Notes under the pieces: generated by a model
What the model saw: the letters and a program-made list of their open reading frames with translations, nothing else
The model's database searches: none
What the model was told of the DNA's origin: nothing
Shown here: positions 15,347-20,169 of the stretch, piece by piece
Position numbering within the stretch: position 1 is the first letter of the stretch
How the letters are laid out: each line of letters opens with the position of its first letter
DNA from: Armatimonadia bacterium
Lineage (GTDB): Bacteria > Armatimonadota > Zipacnadia > Zipacnadales > UBA11051
Assembly (NCBI GenBank): GCA_039683575.1
Contig: JBDKRC010000312.1
Coordinates: 1 to 20,169, forward strand
Reading direction: 5' to 3'
Length of the DNA: 20,169 nt
Program-made: the position numbers and the translations under genes

Positions 15347-16404
15347 GCCTCTCTATCGCCGCTGCTGCCGATCTGCTCAAGGAGCTTCTCAGCAATCCCC
15401 TCAAACGCTTCCCTGATCGCCTCAGGCGCGTCGCTGCCGACGAGGGGGCGCCCAGCGTCGCCCATGGCCACGACCTCAGGCACCAGCGGCACCCGGCCCA
15501 GGAATGGCACGTCCATCTCCTTTGCCATCTGCTCGCCGCCGCCCTTGGAGAAGATATCCACCTCATGGGCACAATGCGGGCACACAAACCCGCTCATGTT
15601 CTCCACGACGCCGAGCACCGGCATTTTGACCTGCCGGATGAAGTTGATGGCCTTGCGACAGTCCTCCAGGCTCGCCTCCTGCGGCGTCGTCACGACGACG
15701 GCCCCGTCGGCGTTGGGGAACGACTGCGCGATAGTCAGCGCCTCGTCACCGGTGCCGGGCGGCAGGTCCACCACGAGGTAATCCAGGTGTCCCCAGTCCA
15801 CGTCGGAGATCAGTTGCCGGATGGCATTGGCCCGGATTGCCCCGCGCCAGATCACCGGGGTCGTCGGGTCCTCCAGCAAAAAGCCCATCGACATGACCTT
15901 CAGTGTGGACATGACCGGCACGGGCAGTATCTTGTTGTTGTGCGACAGCGCCCGCTCGTTCTTCAGGCCCATCATCAGCGGGATCGTCGGCCCATGCAGG
16001 TCCGCATCCAGCAGACCCACCCAGTTGCTGTTGCGCAGCGCCAGTGACCACGCGAGGTTCACAGACACCGTACTCTTGCCCACGCCGCCCTTGCCGCTGA
16101 GCACCAGGATTGAGTGATCAATCTGCGCCTCGGTCTCTTCCAGCCGCTTCTGGCGCGCGCTCATCTCCCGCGCCTGGTCAGTCTGCTGGCCCTGCGCGCT
16201 GGGGCAGCCCGCACATGACTTGCTGCAGCCGCCGGCCGCGTCTTTCTCCTTCGCCGCCGGGCAGCTTGCGCAGGCTGCACTCTCGCCCGGACAGGCGGCT
16301 CCGTCGCCGCCACCGGCGCAACTGCAGCCGTCCGCAGGTTCCTCGGGCTGTTCCTCCGGCCCCTTCTTGCGCGGCTGATATGCTTTCTGCCAATCGTCTG
16401 TCAT
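15343..16404 (-). CDS. mrp: Mrp/ApbC/NBP35-family Fe-S cluster carrier ATPase
   Basis: Deviant Walker A SGKGGVGKST, DADLHGP, VIWRG, DLPPGTGD, VTTPQ, ENMSGFVCPHC. ATG 16404 follows a GGAGG RBS. Confidence 0.94.
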   Translation of the reverse strand: MTDDWQKAYQPRKKGPEEQPEEPADGCSCAGGGDGAACPGESAACASCPAAKEKDAAGGCSKSCAGCPSAQGQQTDQAREMSARQKRLEETEAQIDHSILVLSGKGGVGKSTVSVNLAWSLALRNSNWVGLLDADLHGPTIPLMMGLKNERALSHNNKILPVPVMSTLKVMSMGFLLEDPTTPVIWRGAIRANAIRQLISDVDWGHLDYLVVDLPPGTGDEALTIAQSFPNADGAVVVTTPQEASLEDCRKAINFIRQVKMPVLGVVENMSGFVCPHCAHEVDIFSKGGGEQMAKEMDVPFLGRVPLVPEVVAMGDAGRPLVGSDAPEAIREAFEGIAEKLLEQIGSSGDREA

Positions 16405-16425
16405 CGTATCCTCCAAAGAACCAAT

Positions 16426-16467
16426 GCGTCATCCCTGAGCGCGGACGTCCGCGCTCAGGGATGACGC
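16426..16467. repeat. Perfect 42-bp palindrome with no spacer
   Basis: GCGTCATCCCTGAGCGCGGAC|GTCCGCGCTCAGGGATGACGC: the two 21-mers are exact reverse complements. Confidence 0.9.
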
Positions 16468-16484
16468 GCAGTCGTCGTGTCCCC

Positions 16485-19400
16485 CTACTCTACTCGCACC
16501 TTACCCTCGCCCTCAACCCCTGTCAGCACATCCCGCACCTTGACCGTCCACTGCCCGCGCGCCTCGTTGAGCGCCAGCGGCAGCCGGACGTTGAGCGCCC
16601 CGGCTGGGGCCAGATGGTTCGTGCGATACTGCCATACGGCCTGGCCCTGGGGGCTAATCAGCTCCACATGGAACACATGGTCTCCGGGCTTGCCGTCGGC
16701 TGTGAGCCTGGCAGTGACCGCGAGTTCGCCTCCCGCCGCCAGTTTCGCCGGCACTGTGACCCGCATGGCGCTCACGCTGTACGGCAGGCAGGCATAGAGG
16801 GCCGTATCGTCGGGTGGCAACGTCAACTGCGTGCTCGCGACCTGTCCCAGGTACTTGCGGGCCCGCATGTCGTAGACGTGCGCGGTCTGGCCGAAGTTGA
16901 CCCGCACCGGGTCGCTGTCCTCGACCCGCCGGAAGTCGCGGATCAGGCCATAGACGGTGATGGGCCCGCGTGTGAACGTGTTGAGCTCGTATGCGCGTGG
17001 CGGGGTATCTCCAGTTAGCTGCTCCACTGTCAGTCCACGGCGCACTCCTGCCCGCTCCACCACCTGCCGCAGAAGCTCCCGCACGCCCCCATCATACCGC
17101 GGCAGGTTGAAGTTCAGGTACAGCGACAAGCCCTTGCCATGCCGCTGCCACAGCACCGCCGGCTCTCCCGTGGCATGGGCCGCCAGCGCCTGCGCACCGG
17201 CCGCCTCCAGGCCCTCGCGCCCGTATAGCGCCAGCTCCCGGCCGCTCAGGTCAATTCCCTCGGCCTGCGCCGTGAACTTCAGGGTGGTCGGGCCGTAGTC
17301 AGGCTTGCCGGTGCGCTTGACGCCAAAGAGCCGCTGCAGCGCCGTGCCCGCTTCCGGCTTGCCATGGGCATCGGTCCGCAGGCATCGCAGGTCGCCCACC
17401 AGCATTCCGCCGTCCTGCACGTACTGCTCCAGCTTCGCCACCAGCGCCTCGTCTGCGGCAATCGTGAATGGCAGGATGAGCATCGGATAGGACTTGAGGA
17501 TGTCGGACTTGAGAATCTGGTCCGGTGTCACGTACTGGTAGTCAAGCTGCAGGTTGTTGAGGTGCTGGCGGAAGTGGAACGCGGAGGCGAACCAGGAGCC
17601 ATAGGCGTCGACGCCGGGGCGCTCGCTGGGGTCGCCGGGCTCGTCACTCTGGGATTCACACCACGCCACGAGCATGGAGGGATGCGACCACAGGAGGGCG
17701 ACCTGCGGCTGCTGGCGGCTGTACTCCATGAGTAGCTTTCCCACGCCCGCCCGCAGGTCCGGCAGGGCCTCCTGTACAGCCTTGGAGTACCCCGTCAGGC
17801 TCAGGGTCGGGTGTACCAGTGACCATGACGTCCCTCGCGGGGCATCCAGTGCCACCGTGGCAAAGTAGCTCACGCCCCGCGAACCGTGCAGCGCCAGCCA
17901 CCATGGCTCATAGTGCGCCGCCTGCGCCGTGCGGTCGTAGCCAACCCAGCCGTAGTTGAAGAAGGGCTCTCTCTGCGGCAGCCGTGACTGGCGGGCCTCA
18001 GGCGTCTCCACAAAGCTGCGCCACAGGTCGAAGATTGCCTTATTGCCGCCGTCCTTGATCGCCTCTGAATACTCCTGACCCCAGCCAAACCCGGTCTGCG
18101 TGGCCAGCTTCCAGTAGTCGTTGCCGTTGAAGGGGTTCACGCCGAAGGTGTTCGTGTGGCCCATCGGGATTCCCGGCGCGACCTCGTGGTAGGCGTCAGT
18201 GATGGTCCTGCAGGCGTCCACCCACACGTCCGTCATGAAGGTGCGGAAGTCCACGAACTGCGACGCGTTCTCACGCGCCCGCGCCTCCTCGGTCTTGATC
18301 CCCTTCACCTCGTCCCAACTCGCGTATGCGGTCCCCCACTGCGCGTTCAGCGCTGCCAGTGACGGGTATCGCACCTGCAGCCACTTGCGGAAACGCTCCT
18401 GGCAGAAGGGGCTGAAGCACAGCTCCTGCCGCTCATTGTGATAGCTCAGGAACGCCTCATCGGTGATCCCGACCGCGTACGGCCCCTCGATCATCTGCTT
18501 GGCCGCGGTCTCTTTCGCCGCCTTGGTGTATTCCGCCACCACGGCCGGGTCGCTCAGACACTTGCGCCGGACATCCCCCGCATGGGGCTCCTCGCGAAAA
18601 GCCCCTCCGCCGCCGGAATAGCCCGCTCCCAGCATTCCATGCTCCCCGGCGAGGTAGCCATTGATGGCGAACTCGGAGTTGAGGTCCAGGTCGCGGGTGC
18701 GGTCTCCGAAGTATTCCATGACCAGCGGGCACATCGCGCCGGGACCCCAGGTCGTTGCCACATAGTCCTCAGCCGCCAGTTTCTGCCCCAGTTCCGGCGC
18801 GCGCACCGGAACCCACCGCGTGTCCTGCTCCTTATCCCCCGCCAGTAGCCGCACAAAGGCCCTGTGCTGGACGCAAATGGGATGATTAAGGGGTAGGTCC
18901 ACCTGCGCCATTCCATCCACCACCTTGCCCCTCACAGTGGCGACGTCGCGACCGAAGGCGTCGATGAGTCTCGCCTCGACAGAGAGGTCAACGGGCGTGA
19001 TATGGCATTCGACCTTGGCCGTCACCTTCACAACCTGGCCCGGCCAGTAGGTCTGCTTGTCCGTGGCAACAGAGGTTAGCTTCGCCTGGTAGATGCGCGA
19101 GATGGGGTAGCTGCCCCAGCAGAGGGTCTGCCCCTGTGGGTTGCGCACCATCACCTCAGCCAGCGTCGGCGCAGCGGCCGGGAAGCCTTGAGGTGCTCGC
19201 AGTTCAAGAGACCCGTCGGCGGCCAGCGGCACCTCCTGCGCAGGCAGCCGCAGGTCAGGCTCGTCAAAGCGGAATTCCTGGCTGCTGCGGTAGATTACGT
19301 CGGCCTTCGCCCCCGCGGGCGCTCCGGCCACCTGCAGCCTCACCCTCAGCGGGTCGGTCTCCTTGCAGCTCATCGTCACTGCCGGCTCTCCGCGCGCCGC

Positions 19401-20168
19401 CCACTGCGCCGACCGCGCGATCAGCGACAGCCACCATTCCCAGTACGCAAACTGCCGCGACTGCCACGCGTCGAGGTTCAGATCGACCGGGATCAGCCCC
19501 CACACCCGCCCCATGTCAATCGGGAAGTTCAGCCGCACCACGCGCCCCTTGCCAAGCTGCCCCACCTGTACGCTCTGCAGCACCTTCTCCGGCATCAGGT
19601 CCCACGGCACGCCGCTCAGCACGTAATGCGTGTCTGGCGCTTTCTGGAGCTGCCCGGCGTCCATCAGCGCCCCTACCTGGCCGAAGCCCTCGATCACCAC
19701 CAGCCCCGCCCCCGCCTCGACTTTCTGCCGGATCAGCTTCGCCGCCGGCTTGGTCAGCTTGCTGGCTACCACATAGACCTCGTAGTAGCTGTCTTCCAGG
19801 CGCTTCATGGCCTGACGGCCTGTGAAGGAGACCGCCTGATCGCCATTGTAGCCGGTGTCGAGCACATCCATGTTCAGTTCCAGCCGCTGGCCCAACTCCA
19901 GCGCCTCGCGGTAGTTGCGGATCGACCGGAGGGTAATGAAGGCCTTCAGCGGCCCGCCAGCCAGCGGCCGCGCATATGGCAGGTGAAGGGTCGCCGGCGG
20001 ATCGTAGAGCGCCTGGTCAATCTTGCGCAGTGACAGTTGCTGGATGATGAACTGGTCGGGGGAGCCCTCGCGCAGGCTCACCCTGTCGTAGAAGATGGTG
20101 CCCGTCTTGCTGACGTTGTACAGGAAGAGCCTGCAGGCCGGGTTGGGCGCTGTGAAGGTCACTACGTA
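16485..20168 (-). CDS. Large multidomain glycoside hydrolase, GH42/beta-galactosidase-like (5' end outside the window)
   Basis: The frame stays open to the window edge. GH42-like FRKWLQ.RYPSL.ALNAQWGT, C..P.C and D-E (ITDE) motifs, trimerisation-like segment QVALLWS...YPMLILP...LEQYVQDGGMLV...LFGV, and Ig-like end G.WTVKVRDVLTG. Confidence 0.8.
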   Translation of the reverse strand, partial: YVVTFTAPNPACRLFLYNVSKTGTIFYDRVSLREGSPDQFIIQQLSLRKIDQALYDPPATLHLPYARPLAGGPLKAFITLRSIRNYREALELGQRLELNMDVLDTGYNGDQAVSFTGRQAMKRLEDSYYEVYVVASKLTKPAAKLIRQKVEAGAGLVVIEGFGQVGALMDAGQLQKAPDTHYVLSGVPWDLMPEKVLQSVQVGQLGKGRVVRLNFPIDMGRVWGLIPVDLNLDAWQSRQFAYWEWWLSLIARSAQWAARGEPAVTMSCKETDPLRVRLQVAGAPAGAKADVIYRSSQEFRFDEPDLRLPAQEVPLAADGSLELRAPQGFPAAAPTLAEVMVRNPQGQTLCWGSYPISRIYQAKLTSVATDKQTYWPGQVVKVTAKVECHITPVDLSVEARLIDAFGRDVATVRGKVVDGMAQVDLPLNHPICVQHRAFVRLLAGDKEQDTRWVPVRAPELGQKLAAEDYVATTWGPGAMCPLVMEYFGDRTRDLDLNSEFAINGYLAGEHGMLGAGYSGGGGAFREEPHAGDVRRKCLSDPAVVAEYTKAAKETAAKQMIEGPYAVGITDEAFLSYHNERQELCFSPFCQERFRKWLQVRYPSLAALNAQWGTAYASWDEVKGIKTEEARARENASQFVDFRTFMTDVWVDACRTITDAYHEVAPGIPMGHTNTFGVNPFNGNDYWKLATQTGFGWGQEYSEAIKDGGNKAIFDLWRSFVETPEARQSRLPQREPFFNYGWVGYDRTAQAAHYEPWWLALHGSRGVSYFATVALDAPRGTSWSLVHPTLSLTGYSKAVQEALPDLRAGVGKLLMEYSRQQPQVALLWSHPSMLVAWCESQSDEPGDPSERPGVDAYGSWFASAFHFRQHLNNLQLDYQYVTPDQILKSDILKSYPMLILPFTIAADEALVAKLEQYVQDGGMLVGDLRCLRTDAHGKPEAGTALQRLFGVKRTGKPDYGPTTLKFTAQAEGIDLSGRELALYGREGLEAAGAQALAAHATGEPAVLWQRHGKGLSLYLNFNLPRYDGGVRELLRQVVERAGVRRGLTVEQLTGDTPPRAYELNTFTRGPITVYGLIRDFRRVEDSDPVRVNFGQTAHVYDMRARKYLGQVASTQLTLPPDDTALYACLPYSVSAMRVTVPAKLAAGGELAVTARLTADGKPGDHVFHVELISPQGQAVWQYRTNHLAPAGALNVRLPLALNEARGQWTVKVRDVLTGVEGEGKVRVE

Positions 20169-20169
20169 G

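Overview
High-GC bacterial chromosomal segment of mostly housekeeping and metabolic genes. The gene and repeat content suggests an Armatimonadota/PVC-like organism, but that is inference only. Plus strand: secreted double-domain M16 peptidase, SIS/HxlB-like isomerase, VanW-G5 envelope protein and a Zn-dependent dehydrogenase. A minus-strand block holds two secreted hypotheticals, a Cof-type HAD phosphatase, a TIM-barrel sugar isomerase, a DUF1844-like protein and rtcA. It is divergent from a t6A operon (tsaE, a tsaB-rimI fusion, tsaD). A second minus-strand block holds a class I methyltransferase, an Mrp/ApbC Fe-S carrier with a Cys-rich N-terminus and a 5'-truncated GH42-like protein. I found no mobile element, CRISPR array, tRNA or rRNA. 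The most interesting signals are intergenic: (1) a candidate ~95-nt minus-strand sRNA at 6469-6567 with its own sigma70-like promoter, a palindromic operator, C-rich loops and a U7 tail; (2) a DnaA-box cluster with an adjacent LexA-like box at 14318-14558, with no dnaA nearby; (3) several GTAG/GTGG REP-like elements and a perfect spacer-less 42-bp palindrome.
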